Part shown: in pieces, positions 39,173-53,350 of the stretch
How positions within the stretch are numbered: the stretch's first letter is position 1
Layout of the letters: each line of letters starts with the position of its first letter
DNA from: Vicugna vicugna
Lineage: Eukaryota
DNA length: 64,000 nucleotides
NCBI GenBank assembly: GCA_013265495.1
Contig: MU058423.1
Coordinates: forward strand, 3,487,061 to 3,551,060
Direction: 5' to 3'
Made by a program: the position numbers and the translations under genes
Notes under the pieces: generated by a model
The model's database searches: none
What the model saw: the letters and a program-made list of their open reading frames with translations, nothing else
Told to the model about the DNA's origin: nothing

Positions 39173-40019
39173 ATGTTTTGTGTGGCACCATCTGACTGTG
39201 TTTTCAGTAGTGGGAATCACGGATCTTCCCTGGAGTGCTCAGCCATCAGTGTGACTCATGTGCCTCCAAATGTCAGCTTCCTTTCTGCCATTTCACTGTC
39301 TCTTAGCGTCCCCAAAACTGAACTCCTGGGAGGCAAATCTGAAAGGTGCTGTTTGAAACAGCTTGGCTAAGTCATCAGAGTATGAGGTAGGAATCACCTC
39401 CTAGTTCTACTTTTTCAGTAGGAAATACTGTAGCGGGGAGGGTAGCTGAGAAGGCAGATTCTCTCAAGAATGTGTGCTTCACATCCCTTTATCTTCTGCT
39501 CTCAAGAACAGTCCATTTTCCTTTCAGGCTTTCATCTCCATCCCTCTTTCCTCTCATTTCCTTGTCTCTAGCTCCCTCTCTACATTGATGGAGGGCCTCG
39601 GCACTTGACAGCCATCTTCTCTTCACCCGAGTCCTGGGGAACTTCAGTATTCGCGTTGGTGACCCCTCTCTCTCCTTAGCGTTAGTGCTCCTTGCTGTGC
39701 TCAGCACCAGAGACTTTCATTCCGCTTTGCTTCGGTCGCCCACTCCCTCTCAGGACTGTATCATAACTGGAAGCTACTCCTCCTCTGAAGTCTGTACACC
39801 TGTATCCTACCTTCTGACCCTTCTTCTTCCAGATTGTATACTGTCTTGCTCCTACAGTATTTGCTTTTTGACTTACAGACCTCTGGCCCCTTCATTTCCA
39901 CCAGCCCGTCAATCTCCTCTTGATTGATTCCTTCCACCACTCCTACTTGCTTTCCCCCAACCCTGAAGCATCCTGCAAGTTGTTCTCTTTACCCCAACAT
40001 TTGGGCTATTAAACATTTC

Positions 40020-41050
40020 TAGAGAAAAATGAAACTGTATAGGCCCAAGAATAACTAAGACATTCTTGGAGAACCATGAGGAGCTGGGGCCCTGCCCTAT
40101 CAGATATCAAGAGTTGTTATTAAGCTATTATTAAGACTTAGTGGTATTGCTACACAGATAGACTAAGTTGACAAGTGGAACATACTCTCCCAGAAATAGA
40201 CCGATGCATATTTGGGATTTGTCACATGAGGGAAGTAGCTTTGCAGATCACTGGGAGAAGGAGAGACTATGCAATGAAAGGTGCTGGTGCCCCTGGTTAT
40301 CCATGCAGACAGAAATGAAGTTGGGTGCATACCTCACACTGTCCACAAAAATCACAGACATAGAAAACAAACTTGTGGTTCCCAAGGGGAAAGGAAGAGG
40401 GGGAGGGATCAACTAGATTAGGAGTATGAGGTTAACAGATACAAGCTACTATGCATAACAGGGATAAGCAATGAGGATTTACTGTACAGCTCAGGGAACT
40501 ATATTCAATATCTTATAATAACCTATAATGGAAAACAATATGAAAAGAATGTAACTGAATCACTGCTGTACACCTGAAACTAACACAATATTGTAAATCA
40601 GCTATACTTCAGTTAAAAGAGAATCTACCTAAATGTGAAAGTTACACCACAATACCTTTAGGGGAAAAAGAGGGAAATGTCTTTATCTCAGTTTAGGGAA
40701 GAATGTATTTAAAAAAGAAATACAAAAGTCAGTAACCATAAATAAAAATATTGATAAATTCAGCTATATTAAAATTAATACATCTATTCATGGACATCAT
40801 AAATAAAATGAAAAGACAAAGAGAAGGTATTTGCTGACTTATAACTTGAAGGATTAGAATCAACTACATAGAGAACTATACATATTTAAGAAAAAAGACA
40901 CAACACAGTACAATGGGCAAAAGATATGAAAGGGCATTTCATTTCACACAGGGAAAAACATGAATAGTAAATAAATATGAGATGCTCAACTTTGTATTTT
41001 GAAGAGAAATTAAATTTAAACCTATAATGAGACTATCTTATTTAAGCAGT
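40020..41050 (+). mobile_element. Old L1 late-ORF2 fragment with a younger L1 3' end inserted at about 40350-40617
   Basis: cacagacatagaaaacaaactt...cagggaactatattcaatatctt...gtaaatcagctatacttcagttaaaa embedded in a more degenerate L1. Confidence 0.7.
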
Positions 41051-42196
41051 TTGTCAATACTAAGTGTTCTGAGGCTTTGAGCTACAGAATTTGGAGTTCA
41101 TTTGTTCATCCAGTAAGCATATGCTCTGTGCCAGGCACTGTTCTAAACACTTTGGTCGTATTAGTGAGTAAAATCAACAGAAATCCTTGCCTTTTGGAGG
41201 ATGCTTGCATGCGTGAATGGGAGGTTGGTGGGTAGGATCAGGCAATAAATAATTGCATTAAAACAGAAATAGTGATTAAAAATAGAGCTATAAATATTAC
41301 AGCCCAGAAGAATAGTGCTATAAACATCAGGTGTAACTTGAACTCTTAGGCAAATATGGAATGCTAATACCTGTCTGCTGGGACAAATGGAAGTTTCAGT
41401 GTCATTTTACATATGCAGATCAAATTAGAAGTGACATTGGAAAATATAATAATAAATATCTGAAAATCACATTTTTTGACGGCCATCTTTATGCATCACT
41501 TTCACACAAATCATGAATAAATATAAAATTTGGAGGAGACATCAAAACTTTTTTTCAGAGATCTTCATTAATTCAACAAATAAATGAGCACTTTCTTTGT
41601 GCCAGTCATTTTAGGTGCTGGGTGTACAATAGTGAACAAAATAGTCAAAATCCTGGACAGTTTTGAGTTGTTCTTAGGAAAAAAGCAGGTACAAATGACA
41701 CTATTGTGAAGAAACTTCTAAAAGAAGCAAAAAATTAATGAAAAATATCTAAGGCTATAATATATTAATTTTAAATATTGAAGATAAGGTACGAGGATTT
41801 CTTTAGACTCAGAAGGCCCAATGACCAAGTTTGATGTGTTTTTTTCACAATCACTGCTAATTTTCTTAATTTTCAGAGAAAATTGGAGAAGGAAATTGAC
41901 AGCATATTTTGAATATATTGCAAAGTCACCTCCAAATGTTACAACAGAACACTGAGAACTATCTTCCTGAACCAGTGTAAGAAAAAATGGATCATAAATC
42001 CATTCACCACTATGTCCCAATTTTATCTTCTAGCTTCAGTGTTTAATAGCTCATTGACTTGGAGTTCGACAGAGCACCAAAAGTAGCCTTGAGTGAGGTC
42101 TGTAATTTTGGGGTCCATTTTTATCTAAATGATTAAACCAGCAGATCGTCAGATGCTTGTTGCCATTTCCAAAACCTTATAGGAATATTAAGTTGA

Positions 42197-42454
<258 letters not shown>

Positions 42455-44160
42455 TAGCTATCACCTAAGAGGACTGTAACACTCGGGCCAGGGTACCCAA
42501 GTCCCAGCAGCTCCTTAACGTGTAGATTTCTGCTTGTTCTATTGAGTATATTCAGAGTATCTTGAAACGAAAGTCCAAAAATCTCCAAGGCTGCGTAAAC
42601 ATTGCAGATGTAGTTTCTATTTTTGCCATTCTCAAAACCTGGAAGAGGTACCGCCTTCCAAAAATCCTATGAAGATAAGCTGCCCAGTTTTTATTGGCAT
42701 TTAAGTATTCTGCCATAGGGAAGTGTAAAAGCTTTTCTTTTTTATAGATATTATCTTGCATCAATAATCTCAGTACCTCATGGCTGCTGAGAATCTGTTT
42801 ACTTGGCCGTTGATAATGGCCAAAGATCCCTTCTGAAACTTGGCTGTGTGGTCACCTGCCTAGATTTATCTCCGGCACCTGTAATAATAATTACGGAAGA
42901 TTAAAAAAATCTTTGACTCTTCAGCTCAGCATTTCATACCTATCTATATTCCTCAAAACTTTTGAATTTTAATCAAATTTCACTAATATTCAGCTAAAAT
43001 AGCCTAGGGTAAATGAAGTTCATTTTATTGTGTAAACTGTTCCAGAAAACAATGGGAGCTCTTTGAGGGAATTTTTATTTTTCTAATGAGTTGACTTCTA
43101 TACTTATTCCTGGATTTCAGTAAAATTTACATGCACTAAATGAAGCCTGGAGTTCACATCACCACTAGTAACAATGCCTAGACTTACCTAAAGCTTTGTA
43201 TCATCATTAGTGATTAATACTTTTTTAGCTGTGAGTATAAAATCATCCTATATTAGTAGTTCAGTTGCCTTGACAAATTTTATACTTATGTGAGGTCATA
43301 TTTACATAAATTCTTACTGTATCTTTGGAGACAGTTGATAACGTGAGGCTACAATCACGTATCCATTTTACTGATAGTAAAATGAAGAAATAAGAGGGTT
43401 ACAGGTATAGTACAGCCCTTTACCCTGACACTCTTACCTATAAAATCTTTTACACCAGAATCATTTAGATAATAAAGTTGTAAAAACATCAGTATAGAAG
43501 TTTGCTTCTGTCAAGCTATATTTGTGATGTCTAGTCCTGTTTGGAGTAGATTGAAAGGTAGATCATTTTAAACAACACCTCCCTGTTAGCTAAATTTTAT
43601 GTAGACTCTACTGCATGTTTTAAATGATAAGTCAGATTTATAAAAGTATTTATACAGTCTATTATAGGAAAGGAGCTTAGGGGTATTCACATTACAGTTT
43701 TTATTTAATTTTTATTTACATATTTAAAGCATGTATCATGGTATAAGGTATAAATAATGTGGAAAGAATTTTGAGATAAAGGGAGTATCTTTGAAGAACT
43801 GACAAATTAATTTTTCTGTAGCTGATAAGGACTCACTACATTGGATAAAATGCTGCCCTTTCATTCTGACTGAGATGTAGAAGAGAAAAGTTACTCCAAA
43901 TTTACTAAGAAAAAAAGGTGTAATTACTGGTTTTGTAAATTTGTAATTACTGTTAATTTTTATTTCTTGTGAAGTGATACCACATCTCATTTAGCATGAA
44001 CAGGCTATTTATAATCACCTACCTGCTCAAATTGGTTCACTGTGGAATTTTCTAAGGAATGAAGTTGATCTTAACTTTAACCCAGAAGAGAAACAAACAA
44101 ACCTTCCATGATGATTTATTTTTAATTGAAGGAGGCTGGGGATCTTCTTTTTCGTTTTAA

Positions 44161-44355
<195 letters not shown>

Positions 44356-46549
44356 TAAACATTCTGAAACAATGAGAAATATGGTGCTGTGAAAAAAGTT
44401 TAAAAGTTTCTCAGTAATAGTCATACCTTTAAAAAGAAATCTCTTAATCTTACTACTGTTGATTCTAAGTTCAGTGCATAAATAAGTATTTCGTTGTTTG
44501 ACCAAACCTTAAATTATGGGTACGTGTGTGTGCTGAGCTTTTAATCTTGGCATCCAGTGACTATTCAGATGTTTAATTAGAGAAGAAAATCTCCAACCAT
44601 TTTTGTAGGGTTCTCATTAAATTATTTGTATTTTCTATTTTATGTACTTTCTCCAGAGAGGGTTTTTCTGAAACCTAGAGTCTTGGAATAAGGATGTAAT
44701 TTTAAAAATTATTCTGAAGCTGAGGTCAGCAGGAAAAGACCTGGATTTGTAGACTGACTTTGCTCTCTACTAGCAGTGTAGCCTTGGCTGGTCAGGGTGG
44801 ACAGAAACAGGGAAAGGAAAGGATTAATACTAATTTGGTGCTCATTATGTAATCCCCTAGTCGCCCAGCAAGGGGGATTTATCCTCTGTGGGGAACATAG
44901 GCTCAGAGTTAAATAACTTTTCCTTTACAACAAATTACACAAGGAATGGAGTGTTTGGGGCTCCAAAGCTCAGGGCTCTCATGCTGCATAAAACCTCTGA
45001 GGCCTCACTTCCCTTCATTCTGGAATGGACATAAGGATATCCAACCTGGGTGGTTGTGAGAATTAAACAATGTAAGGTATGTGAAAATGCCCGGTACGCT
45101 CAGACACGCTTCTGGAATATAGTAGTTGCTTAAAAAGGGTTTTTAAAAGTTGAGTTGTTATACCAACAGTCAGCACTTTTTATGTTTGTCCTTGGATTTC
45201 TGTACAAAAAGATTTCTGACAATATTTTGAATTAGCATCCATTCAGGGTAGTGCCTGCATCCCAAAATATATTTAGGGGTAAAGATACTCTAAAGAAAAA
45301 GGAGAGGGAACTGGTATGGATGTTTTTCTTTAGGAACAACAGTAAATTGACTTTGAGAGAGCCTGAATAAGCGTTCGCCTTTTCCTTTGTCATATTTTAT
45401 TGTGAAGTTTATCTAACAATAAAAGGTATATATCTGGACCTTAATTCCTGCAAGTTTGGGGGGTTCCCTAAACTACCTTCAGATTCAGTAATTCAATAGA
45501 AAGGCTCACAGAACTCACTGGAAACTTTTATACTCGTGATTATGGTTTATTACAGGGGAAGATACAGGTTAAAATCAGCCAAGGAGGGAGGAGCATAGGA
45601 TTGAGTCCAGGGAAGTACCAAATGCAGAGTTTCTGTTGTCCTCTCCCTGTCGAGTCATGTTACTTTCCTGGCATCAGTGTGTGACAACATGCCCAGAGTT
45701 GCACACCAACCAGGGAAGCTCACCTGAGTCTTTATTGTGACCAGGTCACAGGCTGCCTGCGTGGCTGACCTGCAGTCTTCAGCCCCTCCCATCTTATTTT
45801 TTTTTTTTGATAGTAATTACTCATTTTGTGTAGGCTGAAACAATTAAAGAAGAGCTGACTTTTTAAATTATTTTTGGTTTATTAGATTCAATCAGTTTTT
45901 ATCTCACGGCCATCCTGAGGTCTAGTATATTCAAACAACTGTCACAGCTGTAATATGAGCCGACTAATTCATCGGTCCTCGCTGGGTTAGGCAATTGGTA
46001 CGTGAGGTCTCGAGAGAAGCCATAGGAGGTACAGTTTTTATTTCTGATGTCAGGCTGTGTGCATTCCAGTGTCTGTGGCTCTGATACACAAAATATCCAC
46101 GTTGTTTTCAGACCCCTTTATATATCATGTCAGTATTACTTCTTGTGGGGAGAGAGAATGTATTACCTTCTGTATGTTTTTCTAATTTTCTTACACTGAA
46201 CTTGCTTGTGTTCCAAAAGGTGTTCTGTAGCCTAATAAATAATAATTTAGTTCATCTCATCTGATGAATGTTGTTGATAATTTTAACTTTGATCATGTCT
46301 TCTCCGTCTGCTTTGCCACATTAAGTATATTCATTTTTCTTAGTTTTGGATTCAGAGTCAGGCTTCTAAAATGGTGGTCATAATTCTTCCCATTATATAT
46401 TTTCTCAGCCTTCCATATTCTATTTTGAAATATATCTTCTTGCGGTAATAAGTAGTATTGAAGGAATGAGAGTGGTTTGTATTGTTATTTTAGAAATAGT
46501 AATGACAACATACCACCAGAATTTCATATTATTTTGTGTTTATTTTTAG

Positions 46550-46738
<189 letters not shown>

Positions 46739-47759
46739 TAACAAAGATGAGCTAATAAACTAATTTAGTAACAATGAACATGCAGTGCTTTTTAGATCAT
46801 TGTTTCAATTCATAATAATTTTCCGCATATACTCCACGAGGAATTTCTCTTACAAGAGATTAGACTAGATAAACTCAAAGATTTCTCATGACTAAATTCT
46901 GGGGTCTGAATTTCGTGCTATTTATAAAGAAAGACTTTTGTGTGCTTCTCTAAGTAGCTCTGAAAGGAAAATTTTAGCTTATTCATTTTGAATTCAGAAC
47001 AGAAGCTACACACTAACATAAGTTTTTGTGAAAGTATCCCCATCCAGCATCTGAGAGGAAAACTTTTAAGTTGACGTCCTTTGTGTGCTTTGACATTGCT
47101 ATGAAATGGAGTGGACTTTGAAAGTTCCATGAAGGCAGGGGTTTGGCTCCATGCACTCCAGCACTCAGACAGAGCCTGGTATGTGATCAGTGCCCATCAA
47201 GTGCTTGCTGAGCGAGTGAGTGAGTGAGTGCGTGAAGGCATTTACCTCCGAATCAACTGCCCAGGTTCAGAGTACTTCGATGTTAGGGTGCTGCTTCACC
47301 ATAACCTGGCGTTCAGAGGAAACAGTGCAGTGGGTTTAAGAGTTTGGTTTCTCTTTATGATCATCAGCAGAACTGTCCAGGTGAGTGGGCACCAAGTTAT
47401 TCTTTCCATTATTTCTTCCATCATTGTTAATTACAGACCATGAGAACCTTGAGATTTAACTCCACCTCCTACTCTGTATTATTTCAAATAGATTTTGATT
47501 ATTTTGTTCTTGAGCAACAGAATATTCTTGACAAGATTACAAAGTCTAGTGGTGTCTTTTTTTGGCTTAGGAAATGAAGAAGCAAGGAAAAAAATGAATG
47601 GAAATGTGGTCTCCACAGCTTTAATTAGAGCCTGTCTCTGGGAAGGATCTCTCCCTTCTGTGATTGCTTGAAGATTCAGATCACAACTAGTAAGGGCCAG
47701 CTGTTTAGATACCCGTAGGTTATTCTAACCACATAGTTGGATTTTATACTAGGAAAGCT

Positions 47760-48700
47760 GGAGCCTAAAATAAATAAGATAGGCAGGAGCCAAATGTAAT
47801 AGGAGCCTAGATTTTGTCCTGAGTGTGGTGAGGGGCTGAGAAAGCATCTTACGTAGGGAAGTGAAACGAGTGTATTTATATTAAAGATAGGTCAACCTGG
47901 CAGAAGAGCGGGAGTGAATTGGATGAGAGTGAGGCTGGACAGGAAGTGGGGAGATATTTAAGGAAATATTCCAGGAATTCAGGTAAGAAACCGTGAGCAC
48001 CGGTATCAGGTGGTGGCTGTACGGACCGGAGGAAAACGGAAATGAACTGAAAAACATTTGGGGAAAGAGAAACAACAGAACTCACCGAGTGGATGTGGAG
48101 GTGAGAGAGAGGAATCAAGAATGATACTCTGGTTTCTAACTTGAGTAACTAAATATGTAAAGTATACAGAAAGAGGAACGGGCTTAGGGGTGAAATGGTG
48201 GGTTGCATTTTGGACAAGCTGGGTTTAAGCTGTCTCTGTGACAGGTACAGGGAGCGGTCCACTAGGGCCTTTGGTCTCTGATCGAGAGGTGGTTACTGAG
48301 GGGAAGCCAGGAAGGCGTCTAGAATGAGAAGAATTCTGGGAATACGTCCAGGGGGAAGGAGGAGGGGAAACTTGCAAAGGAGACTGAGGAAGAGCAGCCA
48401 AAGGGACAGGAGAAAATCAGAGAGATGGGAGATCTAAATGTTTCAGTGAAGTAATGAGATGAGAAAGCGACTGAAATGAGCTAAAGTGAGCAGGAGGTGG
48501 AGATTGGGCAGCAGACTCCTTTGTTAGGGAGTTTGACGTCCGTGAAGGGAAGGAGAAGAGGAGAGGGAGAGAGGGATAGATAAGAAGGATGTTGGGCAGA
48601 GGGGGGGTTTTGATAAGTTTTATCTGAGCAACTTGCCCACGGCTGAAGGAAGCATGTTTGTTCAAAGAAAGAAACAAAAATGAAGTGAGAGGGACTGGTC
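47760..48700 (-). mobile_element. L2 LINE fragment
   Basis: Purine-rich antisense L2 motifs (ggatgtggaggtgagagagaggaatcaagaatgatactctggtttctaacttgagtaact). Confidence 0.7.
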
Positions 48701-50677
48701 AGTGCAGCAGGTGTTCAGAGGAAGTACATGTGTGCGGTGGGAGGTGGGAGGCCTGGGGGAGAAGTGGGTGCCATCCAGACTGTTGGCAGCATTAGCCCCT
48801 GACTGTGTGGACGACTCTTCTCATGTCAGCTTGGGAAGGTGATATGAGTGGATGTGGGTGATTTTGTGGGGCTGGGGGAAGAAATACTAAGATGTTCTTG
48901 GCTGGTGGCCTCTCTGTTCTGCCTTTAGTTCCCGAGAAGGAACTTTTCCTGAGAATGAGGAGGGGAGGTGTTATTAGAAGCTGGAGGAGAATGAAGAAGG
49001 CTGAACTGGGTGTTCCAACAAGTGGAGAGAAAACTGAAATAGACAAAAGGATTTCAGGCTGGCCTTGAGAGCCCAGCTGAGTCTCCTTTGGGAAAGTCAA
49101 AATCTGTGGCCTTGAGCAAACCACTTAAAGTCTCTGTGACTGTTACCCGATCTCTGGGACAGGAATTAAGCCTGGTGACACAGTGCTAAGCACCTGGCAC
49201 AGTGCCTAACCCTTTACAGGCTCTCTGTCCTCAACTCTTCCCTTTGTGCATGGTATGTTTTGGGGTGCAGGAGCCCCACGCCCCTACTCTTTAAATATTT
49301 ATTCTCCATCAGTCATTAAATATGTACTGAGTACTTTTGATGGGTGCTGTTTGGGTGGGAGTACAAGATGTAAAAGGTGCCTTCAAGGTTCCTATTCATA
49401 TGCAGGAAGTTTTTTAATAAATTATATTTAATACTTGTGATAATCTGATGACATGCAGGAAAATTAATAGGGTCTATGCAGAAAGAGTGTTACTGAACAT
49501 TCTGGAGCAGTTCAGGAAACAGAGCCCGTGGGAACATCGACCATTTGGTGGGAGAGTATCTGCCATTTGGGGAACTTTGTGAAATTATAATAGATTGAAT
49601 TTTTCTCATCAGCAGAGAAACGCAGTTGTACTAGGGGAAAGTATTCCTGTATTTTTGCGTTGGGCTTTTTGGATTCCAAGGAACAGACACTCTGGCTGGC
49701 TCCGGAAAGCAGGGCAGAGCGAGGTCCCTGTGGGAAGGACCCTCAGGAAGTGCAGAAAGTAGAACATCGCTGACCTGTCCCTTCTTCGTGTGTCTGCTTC
49801 TCTGTTGCTTTATCCGTTTCTCCCTCTAGTGTCAGTGGTTAATGACCCCTGTAGAACCACCTCGCATTCCTAGGAGAAGGAATCTAGTTTGCCTGGCTTA
49901 CAGCCACTGTCTGTGTCTGGGTGGAGCCTTTTCTCTCCGAGTTGTAGAAGGGTAATATAGTAGTAACATTTACTGAACAGTTGCCATGTTCCCAGCACTG
50001 TGCTAAATGTGTTATGTGTCTTACCTTACTGAATCCTTTCAACAGCACCGTAAGGTAGGTACTGTTATCATAGACGAGGAGACTGCAGCTTGGACGTGTT
50101 CATGAACTTGCTCAGGGTCACAGCTCTGGGCTTCCAGCCCAGGTCTGCCTCTCTGGACTCCGGAGTCCATGATATTAACATCCTGCCATCGGTACTTCGG
50201 CTGCATTTATGTCAGATTTCCACCCTTGCCCAGCTCAGCCATGTCGGTTGCTTTAGTACTGGTGGGCCAGGTGAGCTCTGGGGTTGACACGTTAGTATAA
50301 TTACGTGTATTACCTACGCAAACTTTTGTGCTAAGTTGTTTTGTTAATATTTGTTTGTCACGTTTCTTAGTTTTATTTGTACTGGTGAAAATAAACTTAT
50401 CTTAATAAAAGAAAAACTGTGGGGAAAATACCCAAAGACTGAACACTTTGTTAACCTTGCATTTTCTGTGCATCTAGGGTAGAGTGCTATGATTTAGTTT
50501 TAGCAAAGGAGCTACTGGGTGCCCTCTGTGGACCGTTTGTGTTCTGTGGAATTCTAACTTGAAAATTACTGCCCAGTACTCTGAATGCGCTAGCATTCAG
50601 CCCTTGTTTTCCTGTTAGGTATTGTTAATGCAGTGTGTGCATAATTGAATTCTGGGAGCTGATCTGTATTTTGGTAT

Positions 50678-51142
50678 TGTCTTGGCTTGGGCTGCCATAA
50701 CAAAAACCACAATAGACTGGGAGGTTTAAGCAACAGAAATTTATTTCTCACAGCTCTTGAGCTGATGATAGACTCATCAAGGTGCTGACCTATTTGGTTT
50801 CTGGTGAGGGCTCTCTTCCTGGCTTGCAGATGGCCACCCTCTCACCGTGTGCTGTTCACACAGTCTTCCCTTGGTGCATACGTGTGGTGGGGAGAGAGGG
50901 GGAGAGAGGGAGAGAGCATGAGAAGTGTGTGAAAGAAAGAGAAAAAGAGAGCGAGAACTCTGTTGTCTCTTCTTATAAGGACACTAATCCTGTCATGAGG
51001 ACCCCACCCTCAAGACCTGATGGAACTGAAATTACCTCCCAAAGGCCCCATCTCCAAATACCATCACATTTGGGGTTATGCTTTCAACATGTGAATTTGT
51101 GGCAGCCGAGGGAGGGGAAACAGCACAGTTCATTCTGTAGCA
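50678..51142 (-). mobile_element. MaLR solo LTR (MLT1A/MST-like)
   Basis: TG...CA ends; 5-bp TSD ggtat (50673-50677) / ggcat (51143-51147); acagaaatttatttctcacag and cttataaggacactaatcc motifs. Confidence 0.85.
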
Positions 51143-51177
51143 GGCATTAATGTGCATTTAAAACTTCATTCACACAG

Positions 51178-51285
51178 TACAAGAAGTTGCTTACTGAGGA
51201 AGGACAAAAAATAGGCACCTTTGAGAGATTTGTTTCCGGTTCCATGGCAGGAGCAACTGCACAGACTTTCATTTATCCTATGGAG
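51178..51285 (+). CDS. SLC25A24: SLC25A24 exon 7
   Basis: Acceptor cacacag|[39 protein letters not shown]; donor GAG|gtaagt. Confidence 0.97.
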
Positions 51286-51324
51286 GTAAGTACCACCGTG
51301 AAGTCTGGGTGCATTAATGGTGTC

Positions 51325-51822
51325 TGTATTACTAGCTACTGCTGTGTGACAGGTTATCCCCAAATTAACAGTTTCAAACAACAAGTGTTTATTTTCTCAC
51401 AGTTCTGTGGGTCTGGGATCTGGGTGTAGCTTAGCTGAGTGTCTCTGGCTCGGGATTTCTCACGGCCTGTAGTCAGGGTGTCAGCCTGGGCTGCAGTCAC
51501 TGCGGGGTTCAACTCGGGATGGATCTGCTCTCACGCTTACTCATGTGTTTGTTGCCAGGTCTCCCTGGCTATTGGTTGGAGACATCAGTTCCTTATCGCA
51601 GGGGCCTGTCCATAGGATGCTTGAGTCTCCTCACAGCACGGTAGCTGGTTTCTCCAAATCAGTTTTCAAAGGGAGCACCCAAGATGGAAACTGCAATCTT
51701 TGGCCACATCTGCTCTATTCTGTTGGTCACACCGACTGCCCCTGGTAGAGTGTGGAAGGGGACTACACAGGGTGTGAATACCAGGAGGCAGGGATAGTCG
51801 GGGGCCATCTCGGAGGCTGGGG
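51325..51822 (-). mobile_element. MaLR solo LTR (older MLT1-type)
   Basis: tgtatt...tttattttctcacagttctgtggg...cagggtgtgaataccaggaggcaggga...ggggccatctcggaggctg. Confidence 0.78.
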
Positions 51823-51944
51823 GCCCTAGTGTTGGTAGGAATTACAACACTCACTCCTCTCCAAAGAGTTTCTGTACCATAAATTTCATGTCTTAGAATT
51901 TGATTAGGTGATAGTAATCTTAACTGCACATCCTTCCATTACAG

Positions 51945-52140
51945 CATAGTCTGGCAAACCGTGGACCTGTGGACTATTTGTACCCTTGAACTAAGAATGG
52001 TTTTTACGTTTTGCCTTTTTAAGGTGGTTTAAAACAAAACAAAGCAAAACAAAAAAAGAAATATGCAACAGAGACCTGATATTTTAGTTCTGCAAAGACT
52101 GAAATATTTGCTTTATAGAAAACATTTGCCAACTCCTGCT
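51945..52140. mobile_element. MER58-like hAT element
   Basis: ggcaaac...aactaagaatggtttttac...atatgcaacagagacc...tttgccaactcctg. Confidence 0.6.
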
Positions 52141-52755
52141 TTAGAGCAGAAATAATATTGTAGATGTGAATATTTTTATTGGTAGGACAGAGGGTTTTTC
52201 AAAAACTGATAAGACCTAAGTAAGAAATACCCTTAATTTTCACCTTTGTGGTGTACATATTAATACAGCTTTCCCTGCAAGCATCTTAATATTCATATTC
52301 ACATTACTCCACACACCCCTCAAAAGCATATCCTAATTCAATACCTAGTCTACCTCATATATCCTCCATCTCAGCTAACAGCATCACCTTCCCTCTTCCC
52401 TGCTGGCCCCATGCTGTGTTCCGAGCTAGAAACACTGGAGTCATCTGTTACACTACCATTTCCCCCACCCTCCGTATCTAATTTGTCACCAGTCAGTTTT
52501 GTTAGCACATCAGTAGATTAGCTTCCTTCTGTTTCCTCTGCCACTGCCCTAATTCAAAGAGGTCTGAATTATGACCTCTTTGCAATAAATGGGTCTTCTT
52601 GGCTCTGGACTTGGACCCTCAAGAGGGATAATATGTGAGGGTGAACACACCAATGACTTGGACAGTCATTTGAGTGACAGTGTATGCTAGGTATTTACTC
52701 TCTGTGAGATTACTTCTCTTGAATTCCATGGTCACAGAGTTAATACGAATAATAA

Positions 52756-52959
<204 letters not shown>

Positions 52960-53350
52960 TAGCAAGCTTTTGAATCTGAAAATGTAGCTAAATAGTTCTC
53001 ATTGTTAGAATTTGACTTTATGTAGAGAAATACACACATACCTGGAAACAGTTTGTGACCAAAAGGAGATTCAAGGGTGTGTTCTTTGATATTTCTTCTC
53101 AAGTTCCTTGACTATGTGACCCATAAGCCTCTGGTCACTTTTGTATTAGATTTCCCTGTGAATTCGTTTTATTAATGAAGAGAATAGGTTCACATTCAGA
53201 TATCGTTGTTCATCTTAGAAGATGGTATTGGGGATTTTTTTGAGGAGAGAGAAAATAAGCAAAAATGGCACATTTCCTCTGATTTGTTAAAATCTGACAT
53301 TGGAAAAGCCGAGAGACTGATTTGAGCAGCACAGATTCACTCCTTGTTCT

